A stretch of DNA of 62,789 nucleotides, filler included, from Candidatus Methanoxibalbensis ujae (GCA_026134085.1; 5 parts of 5 records of this genome joined end to end with filler, not necessarily neighbours in it); one strand, 5' to 3'; counted from the whole stretch's first letter, positions 29,201 to 39,480 are shown. Numbers and translations are program-made. The notes: a model not told the origin generated them from the sequence alone.

Positions 29201-29881
29201 TCAGCGTCGCATGACAAGCAGTTTCAGTATCTCATCACACTCAACATGCGTGCCGACGCACCCGGCGCTCTTAAGCGGGACGCCCTGTGCGGGTATACCT
29301 GCAATTTTCACATACATCGCGCCCTCATACAGGTTCGGATAGCAAGCGACGCCCACGACAGCCTTTTTTCGCCTCATAATTATGCGCTTTGTAAATGTGC
29401 CTCCCGGCGATATGTAGACTTCGATGTGCAGCTTCCTGCATATTGCGATGATCTTGGCTATGTCACATCTTCCACATCCAGCACAGATTATACCGTTTTC
29501 AGCATCAAGTTTCGCGGGACAATGAACGCTGCGCAGACATTGCGGCAGTATCAACATGCGCTCTGATACCGGAACAGACATGAAATCCCGCATGTTCGCC
29601 TTGTTTGCAAGCTCAACTGATACACGGTCAACAATTTCACTGTCATAGCCTATGAGAGCGAACAGACGTTTCACAGGCTCGTGAAAGATGTTCAACACAA
29701 AAAGTGAAAAATCAGGAAAAAGCGCACGATTATACCTCAGAACAATAACGCATGAGAACAGTGCAAACATCATGAGAAGTATGACCGCCGCTGCCAGAAT
29801 GACTACAGCACGCCCTATCACATCCAGCAATATCAGCACGCTGCCCCCCCTCAACTGCCCTCTGCTGACATCATATATCAC
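29201..29881 (-). CDS. DUF116 family protein
   Basis: N-terminal TM; LPQCLR...CPA, CAGCGRCDI, PGGT, GVAC and GC cysteine pattern. Confidence 0.85.
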   Translation of the reverse strand: MIYDVSRGQLRGGSVLILLDVIGRAVVILAAAVILLMMFALFSCVIVLRYNRALFPDFSLFVLNIFHEPVKRLFALIGYDSEIVDRVSVELANKANMRDFMSVPVSERMLILPQCLRSVHCPAKLDAENGIICAGCGRCDIAKIIAICRKLHIEVYISPGGTFTKRIIMRRKKAVVGVACYPNLYEGAMYVKIAGIPAQGVPLKSAGCVGTHVECDEILKLLVMRR

Positions 29882-30023
29882 AGTATCGGTGAACTATCCT
29901 GCCATGACATCATGAGTTAATGAAAACTCAGGACGCAGCCACCGGGAGCCGCTTCAATTACCAACAGCAGTGGCGGCAAACGAGAGAGAATCCCACATTG
30001 CTTGATTTGATTTCCCGCTTCTG

Positions 30024-30076
30024 TTGCGATGCTTGCGATGCTTGTGATGCTTGTGATGCTTGTGATGCTTGTGATG
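30024..30076. repeat. 9-bp tandem repeat TTGYGATGC (about 6 copies)
   Basis: Read directly. Confidence 0.9.
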
Positions 30077-30327
30077 TGAGTCCCTGGAGCCGTTGTGCTG
30101 AGAGGAGATTATCTAACTGACAAAAATCCGTCACATCTGATGTTGTTTTCGAAAGCATACTCTGCTTTCGGAAGAGGAAGGGATCAAGCAACATAAGGAC
30201 AGAGCGAAAGAGGGACAACCGTTCCGATCCTCCGCCAGGGGATCTTCTCCACTCAGGCTTCATTGGAAGCGGGTCCTCACATTCTTCAGTTTCTTTGCTT
30301 CGGTTTCTTTGATCTGATCCTCAGCAC

Positions 30328-31167
30328 TCACCATATGCACCTGCTGCACACATCATGATACTCCATGTTTTTGACAAATTTCCTGTATTTCTCAGATTTC
30401 AGCACGCTTTCTATGCTTTCCTCATGCGCATCTCCAACAAAATATTCAGGGAGGAAACAGCATGGCGTGATCTTCCCATCATAGGTCACAAATATAGTGT
30501 TTTTCACTATACGACAGGGGAGAGTGTGCCGCCTGGGCATGTATATTTTGAGCCTCAACTCGCGCCCGAGCTCGCGTAAAATCCTGAAAAACTCACGCTC
30601 TTCATCGCTTGAAAGCGTCTCATATGGGCTGTCAACATAAATATTGAATAATCTGTGCAGGACAGCGGCATCTACACCTATTTCGCTGCTTTCCTTTATG
30701 ATTCTTATTATTTCCTCTCTGTTATCCTTATACAGTGTGATGTCAAGATAAACAGCCAATTTTGACCCGCGCTCTTTTCGCTCTTTCAGGAGATCTTCAA
30801 GATTATCTATGCTTTTCATCAGTATGTTCGTGTCATAATATCCGAATGCAATACTATCAAGTCCAGAATCAAGAATTTCGTTTATATATTTGCCCACGAA
30901 TGTTCCGTTTGTTGTGACGCTCGTTCGCATTCCGAGGGATTTTGCATACGCTATCATCCTGAATATATCGCCGTTCAACATTGGCTCCCCCCATCCGTGC
31001 AGCGCAACTTCGCTGAATCTGCACGTTAAAATTTTTTTGAAATCCTCAAAGGACATGAATCCCGATTTCTGCATGAGATTTCCTCGCATACATATACGAC
31101 ACTCAAGATTGCATGACCTGCTCACTTCCACCTGCAATATCCTGTGACTCCTGCAGCGCATCATCAT
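30328..31167 (-). CDS. Radical SAM protein with SPASM/Twitch domain
   Basis: CNLECRIC, GWGEP, TTNG; C-terminal C...DGKITPCC...VGD...CSRC. Confidence 0.9.
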   Translation of the reverse strand: MMMRCRSHRILQVEVSRSCNLECRICMRGNLMQKSGFMSFEDFKKILTCRFSEVALHGWGEPMLNGDIFRMIAYAKSLGMRTSVTTNGTFVGKYINEILDSGLDSIAFGYYDTNILMKSIDNLEDLLKERKERGSKLAVYLDITLYKDNREEIIRIIKESSEIGVDAAVLHRLFNIYVDSPYETLSSDEEREFFRILRELGRELRLKIYMPRRHTLPCRIVKNTIFVTYDGKITPCCFLPEYFVGDAHEESIESVLKSEKYRKFVKNMEYHDVCSRCIW

Positions 31168-31263
31168 ATATCGCTCTACCCATGCACACTGCTCAGCGAA
31201 CGATGCAAAAAATTAAAAGGGAAGGGGGAAAGAGGATGGCGGGTGCACGCCCCCTCATCTCCC

Positions 31264-31425
31264 TCATTTACCCATACGACTTCTGGAGAACAGCCGCTTT
31301 ATGCTGTCCCGAAACACAACAAGGAGCGCTCCAACGGAAGCCGTCGCTCCAACAACATATCCTATCAGCAACGGACTCCCGGTTGTGAGTGCTCCTCCCA
31401 CAGTCACAGCAACAGGTGCACACAT
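31264..31425 (-). CDS. Small 53-aa hydrophobic peptide (missed by the ORF track)
   Basis: GGGAGGTG SD about 10 nt before ATG; MCAPVAVTVGGALTTGSPLLIGYVVGATASVGALLVVFRDSIKRLFSRSRMGK. Confidence 0.65.
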   Translation of the reverse strand: MCAPVAVTVGGALTTGSPLLIGYVVGATASVGALLVVFRDSIKRLFSRSRMGK

Positions 31426-31454
31426 TTTTCCACATCACCTCCCTTTTCTTTTTT

Positions 31455-31570
31455 TCCTCATCACATCACCAGCATCATCACATCTCCAGCATCACCACCA
31501 TCACCACAGCATCACACAGCACACGCATTACACATCACATCATGCATCCACCCACACATCACACGCATCA
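31455..31570. repeat. CATCA/CACAT low-complexity intergenic tract
   Basis: Read directly. Confidence 0.75.
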
Positions 31571-31591
31571 TTTTCGTTTTTCAGGCAGGGC

Positions 31592-32893
31592 TCAAAGCTC
31601 ACTCAGAAGTCTGTCTATCTCCTCAATTTTCTTCTCCGTTTCCTGTCCCGCCTCACCGTATCTCTCATACATATCCCTTGCTATTTCAAGCAGTTCTCTT
31701 GCCTTTTCACTCTGTCCGAGTGCTTTGTATGCGGTTCCAAGCCCTTTATATGCATCAGCAACATAAGTATCATTTTTATTCGCCATTTTTACAGTCAAAT
31801 TGAAGTTTTCAATTGCTTTATCCGGTTTTCCGAGCTCCAAGTAAACATTTCCTATGCTGACATATATCCGATATTCCCTTTCCGGAAGTTTTTTCCTGCA
31901 TTCTTCAATGGCTTTTTCATACATTTGAAGCGCTTTATCGTGTTCTCCGAGATGATAATAGCAGTCTCCCTTCCCCTGATAGCTGTGATATAACCATTTG
32001 TATGTCGGATCATCTTTTTTCAGTGCGATCGCCCTGTCATAAAGTTCTATTGCCCTCTCATATTCTCCGATGAGTTTGTAGTTGGATGCCTGATGACTTA
32101 TAGCTGTGAAGAGTTCGGGATCAAGTTCCAGCGCCTTGTTATAATAGAAGATGGAGCTGTTGTAATCCCGCATTGCCTTGAGATTTCGTGCTCTGCTTGC
32201 GTAAACGCCTGCAAGACCCTTTTCACCGACTTTCCTGATTATCCAGTCCTCCTGTTCCAGCGCTTTTGCGAAGAACTCTTCAGCCTTCTCGTATTCCTTG
32301 TTTCTGTAATATGCATTGCCCATGCCCGCGTATGCGAGTGCGAAATTGTGATCAATGCTCAAAACCCTTTCAAAATCTGCAATAGCCTTCGCGTGATAGT
32401 CTGTTGTGTCGTTTTTATCGTAGTTTCTGCCGCGATTGTAATGCTGATTGTATGCGAGACCGCGGTTGTAATAGGCATCTGTGTATTCAGGGTTGAGTGT
32501 TATGGCCTTTGTGAAGTCCTCAATTGCGTCTTTGAATGGCGTTCTGTTTGTATATCCTCCCTTTTTAAAATGTGCAATGCCCCTGTTGTAGTAAGCCTCC
32601 GCGAAATCGGGCTTCAGCTCTGTTGCCTTTGAGAAATCTGCAATCGCACGGTCATATTCACCCGTCTCAATGTAGCAAAGACCGCGGTCATTGTATGTGT
32701 AGGGATTGGTGGGATTTTTCTCTATCGCCGCTGTGAAATGCGATATCGCTTCATCATATCTTCCCTGCTGAAACGCCGAGATCCCGGCTTCTATAAAGCC
32801 CTGCTCATGCAGCGCGCCTGCAAGCCCCCATGCACAGAAACATAGCGCTCCTGTGAACACGACAGCACATGCGGCTTTCACCGCCGACCTCAT
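31592..32893 (-). CDS. Secreted tetratricopeptide-repeat protein
   Basis: Signal peptide followed by many TPR repeats (AYYNRG, AIADFxKA). Confidence 0.9.
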   Translation of the reverse strand: MRSAVKAACAVVFTGALCFCAWGLAGALHEQGFIEAGISAFQQGRYDEAISHFTAAIEKNPTNPYTYNDRGLCYIETGEYDRAIADFSKATELKPDFAEAYYNRGIAHFKKGGYTNRTPFKDAIEDFTKAITLNPEYTDAYYNRGLAYNQHYNRGRNYDKNDTTDYHAKAIADFERVLSIDHNFALAYAGMGNAYYRNKEYEKAEEFFAKALEQEDWIIRKVGEKGLAGVYASRARNLKAMRDYNSSIFYYNKALELDPELFTAISHQASNYKLIGEYERAIELYDRAIALKKDDPTYKWLYHSYQGKGDCYYHLGEHDKALQMYEKAIEECRKKLPEREYRIYVSIGNVYLELGKPDKAIENFNLTVKMANKNDTYVADAYKGLGTAYKALGQSEKARELLEIARDMYERYGEAGQETEKKIEEIDRLLSEL

Positions 32894-33050
32894 CCCCTCG
32901 CACCTCTTATCATTTTTCTCGTATCATCTACATTATTCGCACCTTTACATATAAAGGTGTCATCATGAATTTCATAAATCCCTCAATTTAAAAATAAATG
33001 TTATTTTTAAACAAATATGTCTTACTGTGAGGATATGAGGAGGCAGGAGC

Positions 33051-34064
33051 TCAGACAGGCATTTTCCGCATCCACATACTCACCGCTTTTCTCGCCTGCT
33101 TGGCGTTTGAGAAGTTCTTCTCTATTTCCTCATCATTCTCTCTCCCGCATAACGGGTTGACAGTCCTTCGCATAATATCAACGACCCATATGCTTATATC
33201 GGGAATGTCCTCGCTGTGATGTCTGAAAAATGATATGAAAGGTGCGGGTGTCCTCTCTGTGGGAACAACGATTTTCAGTTGTGCCTGTTCACATCTCAGG
33301 AGTGCCTGCTCCCATCTCAGGAACTTCAAAAATCGCTGCACAAACTTTATTGAAGGAAATATAAAAACGCGTATCTCTTCCTTCTCCTCTCCTTTTTCGG
33401 CACCTCTGACCTTCACAGCGGATATCTCCACACACTCATCAGGCGCAGGCATCACGCCTCCCTCCTCTTCTGCCACAGCCTCTTTCTCAGCCTCTTTTTC
33501 AGTCTTCCTTTCGTCTTCTCCGGCACCTGAAGCTCCGATAGACGATTTTCTGATGACCTCGTATCCACATCTCGTCAGGAATTCCTCAACGATAACCTTC
33601 AGCGAAGAAGGAGGGTTTCTCATCTTAGAAGCTCGCAGGAATGCCTCTTCAAGTTCATCGGCGAAGAACCTGTGAGAAGGTAAACAGTAAAAAATCTCTC
33701 CCTGATAATTTATCCTGGTGCGCACATCAGGCGAAAACACGGATATCTTGCCGTTCTCCGTTGTGACGCTCCTGAAAATAACATCCTCAATATCGTCGCC
33801 GCCGCTGACATCTGTTATCAACTTCTTCAACGCTTCACGCTCATCATCTCCGATGGAAGCAATGCATTCTCCTATCTTCATCCGCAGTTCATCCTCTGAA
33901 ACCGCTTTCCTCTCGTTTATAAATGCGGAAATTTCTCTGAAAATCTCCTTCAATACATCTTCCGATCTGAAATCATCTTCCGATCTGAGATCGCTCATCC
34001 CGCATCTTCCCCTTTCGTTGCTTGAGTTCCGCGTCTGTTCAATTTGAAATAGCGGAGTGTTCAA
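33051..34064 (-). CDS. Hypothetical protein
   Basis: 337-aa ORF following lysS; start may be the downstream Met (MSDLRS). Confidence 0.65.
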   Translation of the reverse strand: MNTPLFQIEQTRNSSNERGRCGMSDLRSEDDFRSEDVLKEIFREISAFINERKAVSEDELRMKIGECIASIGDDEREALKKLITDVSGGDDIEDVIFRSVTTENGKISVFSPDVRTRINYQGEIFYCLPSHRFFADELEEAFLRASKMRNPPSSLKVIVEEFLTRCGYEVIRKSSIGASGAGEDERKTEKEAEKEAVAEEEGGVMPAPDECVEISAVKVRGAEKGEEKEEIRVFIFPSIKFVQRFLKFLRWEQALLRCEQAQLKIVVPTERTPAPFISFFRHHSEDIPDISIWVVDIMRRTVNPLCGRENDEEIEKNFSNAKQARKAVSMWMRKMPV

Positions 34065-35689
34065 TCTTTTGCCGCATCTTCAAACCGTTTCACAAGAAAT
34101 TCCCTCCGGAGTGAGGCGAGCAGCCAACCCGCACGAGGTCCTGAATCCCTGCCGAGTAGAGCAATATAGACTGCTCTGAACACCTCTTTCGCGCTTATGC
34201 CCAGATTCTCAGCCACCTCATAAATCCTGTTATGATAATCCTCAGCGGAGAGCTTTCTCTTTTTGATCTCTTCGGAAAGCATTTTAAGCGCTTCTTTCTG
34301 CTTTTGCGATAGAGAGCGAGCGAGTTCGGGAAGCGAATCTTTTATTTCAAATTTCACATCAGGCTGTGCGAATTTTCGCAGCCAGTTCTCCGCATATCTC
34401 GCTTTTTTCTGAATTTCCGCTATCTCCGTTTTCATCTGCTCTTCATCACGCGCCAGTGCAAATCCACTTCTTCTTATGATTTTGAGAAGGTTGTTTATGT
34501 CTCCTCTTGCCACCTGGACGAGTGTGATGAAGTGTCTGAAAGGGATTTCAGCTGCCACGCCTCTTCCGATAGGTGCTATTTCGCGCTCATATTCGTCAAT
34601 AAGATTGAGCAGGCCCATGGAAGGATCAAACTCTATGTGCTTCATGGGCTTTACCCTCAGCATGATGAACTTCAACACCTCAGGCGGCACGACCGTGAGA
34701 ATTTCATCAACCGAGATGTTTGTTCCTTTTGATGATGACATTGCCTCCACTTTTCCACCGACTTTGAGAAGCACATGCTCAAAGGGTATGGGATAGGGCG
34801 CCTCATACCCGTATATCTCCTCCGATATTCGCTTTCCAGTTTCGTAAGAGCCTCCTGCGGATGCATGATCCTTTCCAAATGGCTCCACCGCCACATTCAG
34901 TATCTTCCATCTCGCAGCCCAGTCAACGCGCCATGTGAGCTTTCCACCGTTTTTGAGAGATGCAAACCCCTCATATCCACACGCATTGCACCTGTAAACA
35001 CATTCTCCTCTCTTGAGATCACATTTCAGCACATCCGTCGCATTCATACGACCGCAGTTTTTGCATACGGGCATGAAGGGATACCAGTCTCGCTGCAGAT
35101 CTCTGCCTGTGACCTCGGCTATTATGCGCATGATTCTCTCTCTCTCTTTTATTGCAAGCCTTATCGCATCTTCATACATTCCTCGCTTATACATCTCATC
35201 CGCTCTGAACACTTTCATTGAGATGCCGAGTTTGTCAGTCGCAGCGAGAAATGGCTGCAGGAAATGCTCACTGTATGATGAATGACAGCCATCGGGATCT
35301 GGAATATCTGAAAGTGGCTTGCCCACATGCTCCTTGTAATCAGGAGGCAGAAAAGGATAGAGCCTGCGCAGGGGATCATATGTGTCCGCAATATAAATCA
35401 GTGATGCTTCAGCTCCATTTTCTCTGAGTGCATTGCACACAGCATCAGCAATGAGAGTCTCTCTCAGGTTTCCGATGTGAATTGCGCCTGATGGTGTGAT
35501 GCCCGTGGCGACGACGAGATTCCGCATGCCTTTCCGCCGTATGATATCCTTCGCTATTGCATGCCACCACTCCTCTCTCTCTCCTTTTCCTTTCTCTCCT
35601 TTCCCCTTCTCTATTTTCTCTGTTTTCCCTTTTTTCTCTATTTTCTCTCTTCTCTCTCCTCCGCCTCTTCCATCGCGCATCTCATTCAA
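34061..35689 (-). CDS. lysS: Class I lysyl-tRNA synthetase
   Basis: TGITPSGAIHIGN, GKLTWRVDWAARW, EPFGKDH, MSSSKG, SGPRAG. Confidence 0.97.
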   Translation of the reverse strand: MNEMRDGRGGGERREKIEKKGKTEKIEKGKGEKGKGEREEWWHAIAKDIIRRKGMRNLVVATGITPSGAIHIGNLRETLIADAVCNALRENGAEASLIYIADTYDPLRRLYPFLPPDYKEHVGKPLSDIPDPDGCHSSYSEHFLQPFLAATDKLGISMKVFRADEMYKRGMYEDAIRLAIKERERIMRIIAEVTGRDLQRDWYPFMPVCKNCGRMNATDVLKCDLKRGECVYRCNACGYEGFASLKNGGKLTWRVDWAARWKILNVAVEPFGKDHASAGGSYETGKRISEEIYGYEAPYPIPFEHVLLKVGGKVEAMSSSKGTNISVDEILTVVPPEVLKFIMLRVKPMKHIEFDPSMGLLNLIDEYEREIAPIGRGVAAEIPFRHFITLVQVARGDINNLLKIIRRSGFALARDEEQMKTEIAEIQKKARYAENWLRKFAQPDVKFEIKDSLPELARSLSQKQKEALKMLSEEIKKRKLSAEDYHNRIYEVAENLGISAKEVFRAVYIALLGRDSGPRAGWLLASLRREFLVKRFEDAAKD

Positions 35690-35730
35690 ACACCCTCAGT
35701 TTTATTATCATTGCGTCTTAGGAACAATCT

Positions 35731-36261
35731 ATGGTTCGCTCGTTTTACGGATATGTGCGGGAAGCCTGGAAGCGACCGATGGACAATGAACTGCTGAGGG
35801 GATTGATGAAGGAGAGGCTTGTGAAGTGGAGGCGTGAGCGCGCAGTAACCAGAATTGAGCGTCCCACACGCATAGACCGCGCAAGGGCACTCGGATACAA
35901 GGCGAAGCAGGGCATCATCGTCGTCAGAGTGAGGGTTCGCAGGGGAGGTCGCAGGAAGGCAAGACCGAGAGCAGGAAGAAGACCCCGTAGAATGGCTGTT
36001 CACAAGATAACTCCCGCCAAAAGCATTCAGCGCATCGCCGAAGAAAGAGCCGCAAGAAAATATCCCAACATGGAGGTCCTCAACTCATACTGGGTCGCCG
36101 AAGATGGTCGCTGGAAATGGTATGAGGTCATACTGGTCGACCCTCATCATCCCTCAATAAAAGCAGATAAAAACCTGAACTGGATATGCAACACAGTCCA
36201 CCGCGGAAGAGCTTTCAGAGGTCTTACATCCGCCGGCAAGAAGGGCAGAGGACTGCGCTAA
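35731..36261 (+). CDS. rpl15e: 50S ribosomal protein L15e
   Basis: [42 protein letters not shown]. Confidence 0.98.
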   Translation: MVRSFYGYVREAWKRPMDNELLRGLMKERLVKWRRERAVTRIERPTRIDRARALGYKAKQGIIVVRVRVRRGGRRKARPRAGRRPRRMAVHKITPAKSIQRIAEERAARKYPNMEVLNSYWVAEDGRWKWYEVILVDPHHPSIKADKNLNWICNTVHRGRAFRGLTSAGKKGRGLR

Positions 36262-36274
36262 GGCCCTCAACTCA

Positions 36275-36390
36275 ACACATCATTGATTCTATCATATCAT
36301 CACAACATCACAACATCTCATCATCACATCATCATATCATCTCATAATCTCATCATCACATAATCACATAATCACAGCGCATCATCACAG
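36275..36390. repeat. CATCA/ATCAC low-complexity intergenic tract
   Basis: Read directly. Confidence 0.75.
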
Positions 36391-36485
36391 CATAACAGCG
36401 GCGTCGGAGAGCTCAGCGCGAGCGAGGCGAGCGAGAACGGGAGAGAGAAGCGTGAGAGGATGCACAGCAGGATGGCAGGAGGAAG

Positions 36486-37214
36486 GTGGGAAGGATGCCT
36501 AGGATTTCAGTTGTGGTCCCGACTTTGAATGAGGAAGCGTACATAGAGCGTTGCCTCATGTCATTATCATCACAGGATTTTCCGCATGAGATAATTGTTG
36601 TGGATGGAGGGAGCGCCGACAAGACAGTTGAGCTCGCGGAGAGTTATGCAGACAAAATTTTCGTTGTAAGCGAGCGAGGAATTGCGTATGCGAGGATTTT
36701 TGGAGCGAAAAATGCAAATTCAGCACTTATATACACAACAGACGCGGACTGCTACGCGCCTGACTGCTCACTTTTGCATCGCTTTTACGAGGAATTCACA
36801 TCACTCAAGAAATCTCACAGAGCTGTCGCACTCTCAGGCATAACAAAATTCCCAAAACTGCGTGGAAAAATCCTCGAACACTGGTATTACATTTACGGCA
36901 GGTTCATCTCTCCCGTCCAGTTCGGTGTGATCTCTCTGAACGGTCAGAACACGCTCTTTGAGCGGGATGCCCTGCTGCGCTGCGTGTCTGGCAGGAGACT
37001 GCCTCTTTTCATGGATGACAACTTTTTTTCAATCCATCTCAAAAAGTTTGGAAGCATAATATTCTCAAGATCTCCGAAACTCGCAAATTTTGGAAGCGAA
37101 AGGCGTGTAAAAAGTCTCATATTTGCCTTAAAATCTCTTTACAGATACTCAATAGCAGCATTTCAGCTCAAAAAATACGGAACTGTGTTCATAGAGCAAA
37201 TAAATGCGCGGTGA
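36486..37214 (+). CDS. Glycosyltransferase family 2
   Basis: ISVVVPTLNEE, VVDGGSAD, DAD motif. Confidence 0.9.
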   Translation: MGRMPRISVVVPTLNEEAYIERCLMSLSSQDFPHEIIVVDGGSADKTVELAESYADKIFVVSERGIAYARIFGAKNANSALIYTTDADCYAPDCSLLHRFYEEFTSLKKSHRAVALSGITKFPKLRGKILEHWYYIYGRFISPVQFGVISLNGQNTLFERDALLRCVSGRRLPLFMDDNFFSIHLKKFGSIIFSRSPKLANFGSERRVKSLIFALKSLYRYSIAAFQLKKYGTVFIEQINAR

Positions 37215-37598
37215 TTATCTGTCCAATATGCTTTCTATCTCACTTAGAAACAGTTTCAATGAGAATGGCTTTTTGAGGAAGCCCACTGCACCCATCTGCA
37301 ATGCTTTCTCCCTCACAGATACATCCGCACTTGCAAATAATATCCTCGCATTTTTGTTTATGCTCAATATTTCCGCTGCCGCTTCAAGACCACTTTTGAC
37401 AGGCATCCTGTGATCCATTATAATTAAATCCGGCTTTTCATCAAACTTCATGTATTTTTCCACCGCTTCTTTTCCATCCATCGCGATCTCCACTTCATAT
37501 CCCTTTTTTTTGAGAACAGTTCTATATAATTTAATTATATCAGGCTCATCTTCAACAATGAAAATTTTGCACTTTCTCATATACACGCACCTTCGCAC
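37215..37598 (-). CDS. Single-domain response regulator (CheY-like receiver)
   Basis: IVEDE, PDLIIMDHRMP, SG, FLKKPF. Confidence 0.92.
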   Translation of the reverse strand: MRRCVYMRKCKIFIVEDEPDIIKLYRTVLKKKGYEVEIAMDGKEAVEKYMKFDEKPDLIIMDHRMPVKSGLEAAAEILSINKNARILFASADVSVREKALQMGAVGFLKKPFSLKLFLSEIESILDR

Positions 37599-37695
37599 AC
37601 CTGTCCACCGCCCTCACATCCTCCTCATCTGATTCTAATTTTTCAACTCAATTTCAATTCCAATTCAATCCTCAATCTCCTGTCTCTCTCAGGCT

Positions 37696-38835
37696 TCATT
37701 TTGTATTTGTTATTTGTGCATTCCTTGCATTTCTGAGCAGGACTTTGAACACACTGCCCTCTGTGTGATTGCCCTTCACGCGATCTTCAACCCATACATC
37801 TCCGCCGTATCTGCGAACGAGCGTTTTGACAAGCAGCAGTCCTATGCCGCTGCCGCTTGTGCCTTTCTCGCTTGAGTGCTGTCGCTGTATCCTCTCAAAT
37901 ATCATCTGCTTCTCCTCATCAGGCACCCCTTTTCCTCTGTCTTCCACGCTGATCTCGTAGAAATCTGGATTTTCGTGCTCTCTGACTCTCACACATATCC
38001 TGACATCCTCAGAACTGAATCGCACAGCATTGTCCAGTAAATTCCAGAAAACCTCCGAAATGAACTCGTCAGCAATAATAATGCAGCCGCTGCATTCATA
38101 CACAGTGCGCACTTCCATTTTTCTATCGGGATATTCCGCTCTTATGCGTGCAATGCTCTCCTCAATAACAGGAATCACATCAACAGCGAAAAGTTCCGGC
38201 GCTTTATTCATGACAGTGATCAATTTATTCGCGGAATTTATCAGATTTTCGCATCTCCTTAGAGTGAGAAACATGTTATTGACATACATTCGCTGCTCAT
38301 CATTCAGTTCAGTGTTCATAAGCAGTTCCAAATAGCCTTTTAACACGTGGTTTATGTTGCTTATGTCGTGGGAGATGACATCATTCAGGAATTCCGCCTG
38401 CTCCTTCAGATAGATTACGCGCTTTTCAAGCATTCGCTCCCTCAGTCCTCTCTCTATCCTGCGCAGAAGGTCATCAACAACATAAGGTTTCTGTATATAA
38501 TCAAAGCAGTTTTCTCTGACAGCTTCTATTGCTGTATCCAGAGATGCATATGCTGTTATGACGATGCCAACGACATGAGGGTCCTTTTTCTTCGCCTCTC
38601 TTATCACATCTATGCCGTTCACACCACCGGGCATCCGTATGTCAGCCAGTATCACATCGTAATCCTCACATCTCACAAGGTCAATCGCTTTTTCTCCCCT
38701 GTCGGCTGTGGTGACAATGTATCCCGCATCCTCCAGTATGACCTTCGTGGTGACCAGGAAGGCCTCCTCATCATCAACTATCAGTATCTTCGCCCTGTCC
38801 TCAACACCATCCACAACACGCTCACCCTCCTTCAT
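37696..38835 (-). CDS. Hybrid receiver-histidine kinase
   Basis: N-terminal receiver (VDDE, DIRMP, KP), SHDISN H-box, NLLDNA N-box, DRGKG and GSGIGL G-boxes. Confidence 0.92.
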   Translation of the reverse strand: MKEGERVVDGVEDRAKILIVDDEEAFLVTTKVILEDAGYIVTTADRGEKAIDLVRCEDYDVILADIRMPGGVNGIDVIREAKKKDPHVVGIVITAYASLDTAIEAVRENCFDYIQKPYVVDDLLRRIERGLRERMLEKRVIYLKEQAEFLNDVISHDISNINHVLKGYLELLMNTELNDEQRMYVNNMFLTLRRCENLINSANKLITVMNKAPELFAVDVIPVIEESIARIRAEYPDRKMEVRTVYECSGCIIIADEFISEVFWNLLDNAVRFSSEDVRICVRVREHENPDFYEISVEDRGKGVPDEEKQMIFERIQRQHSSEKGTSGSGIGLLLVKTLVRRYGGDVWVEDRVKGNHTEGSVFKVLLRNARNAQITNTK

Positions 38836-38873
38836 TTTTCATTCTTCTCTGATCTCCCTTCATCCGCACTCAC

Positions 38874-39118
38874 GTAAACTACTCCCCGCTATCGCAGGGA
38901 GCTTTGTAGGGCTATAAGACCTACGGGGTGGTTTACGCACCCTCTGGCATCAGGGAGCGTCGCCCTAATGCCAATGTTCGCAGATGCATTGAAATCTGCA
39001 TTGTAGGTGTGTCGGCAATGTTCGCAAAAGAAAGTTGCATAGGTTCTCAAACCTTGAGAACCGCAGAGATGGCATGTCTTAGATGTGTTTCTAGGAGAAA
39101 CAAGCTTAACTCTTATCC
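38874..39118 (-). mobile_element. tnpB: IS200/IS605-family element right end with tnpB 3' fragment (coding 39118-38889), cut by contig end
   Basis: Minus-strand translation VSPRNTSKTCHLCG...FFCEHC...YNADFNASANIG (zinc ribbon plus RuvC-III); terminal hairpin GCTCCCTGC-GATA-GCGGGGAGT then GTTTAC. Confidence 0.88.
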
Positions 39119-39218
39119 NNNNNNNNNNNNNNNNNNNNNNNNNNNNNNNNNNNNNNNNNNNNTTAATTAATTAANNNNNNNNNNNNNNNNNNNNNNNNNN
39201 NNNNNNNNNNNNNNNNNN
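39119..39218. other. Artificial contig linker
   Basis: N44-TTAATTAATTAA-N44. Confidence 0.99.
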
Positions 39219-39480
39219 GCTATATTCAGCATACAAGATGCGAAGTGGCTATACAAGAAGGCGAAGCGGATGAAAGGGGTTCCAATAAGGAAAGATTTGA
39301 TAGACAGAGAAGAAACACTAAGATTAGTATTGGGCGAGGATAAGAGTAAAAGGTGTGAGAGGAGGCGTAAAAGTTGCACTCGCTCATCAACATTTCAACT
39401 TTGAGGAATGGGAGGCGAGTCTTTGCTCGTCAGGGAGGATGGAGAGTTCTACCTTTATGTCACGGTCAAGATCGTTCAGG
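39219..39480 (+). pseudogene. tnpB: Degraded tnpB N-terminal fragment
   Basis: Frameshifted segments WARIRVKGVRGGVKVAL and GESLLVREDGEFYLYVTV resemble archaeal TnpB N-terminal regions. Confidence 0.6.

Noticed and set aside
29027..30076. CRISPR array in the tandem repeats
   Set aside because: Head-to-tail 9-10 bp units without spacers; no cas genes in the window
29958..30263. 101-aa ORF with SQA repeats
   Set aside because: Repeat comes from the 9-bp DNA tandem; no SD or recognisable motif
31144..31993. His-rich plus-strand ORFs of 219 and 230 aa
   Set aside because: Products of the CATCA tract and antisense to the TPR gene and the small peptide gene
38874..39480. One continuous tnpB element across the gap
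   Set aside because: The fragments are on opposite strands and on separate, arbitrarily joined contigs
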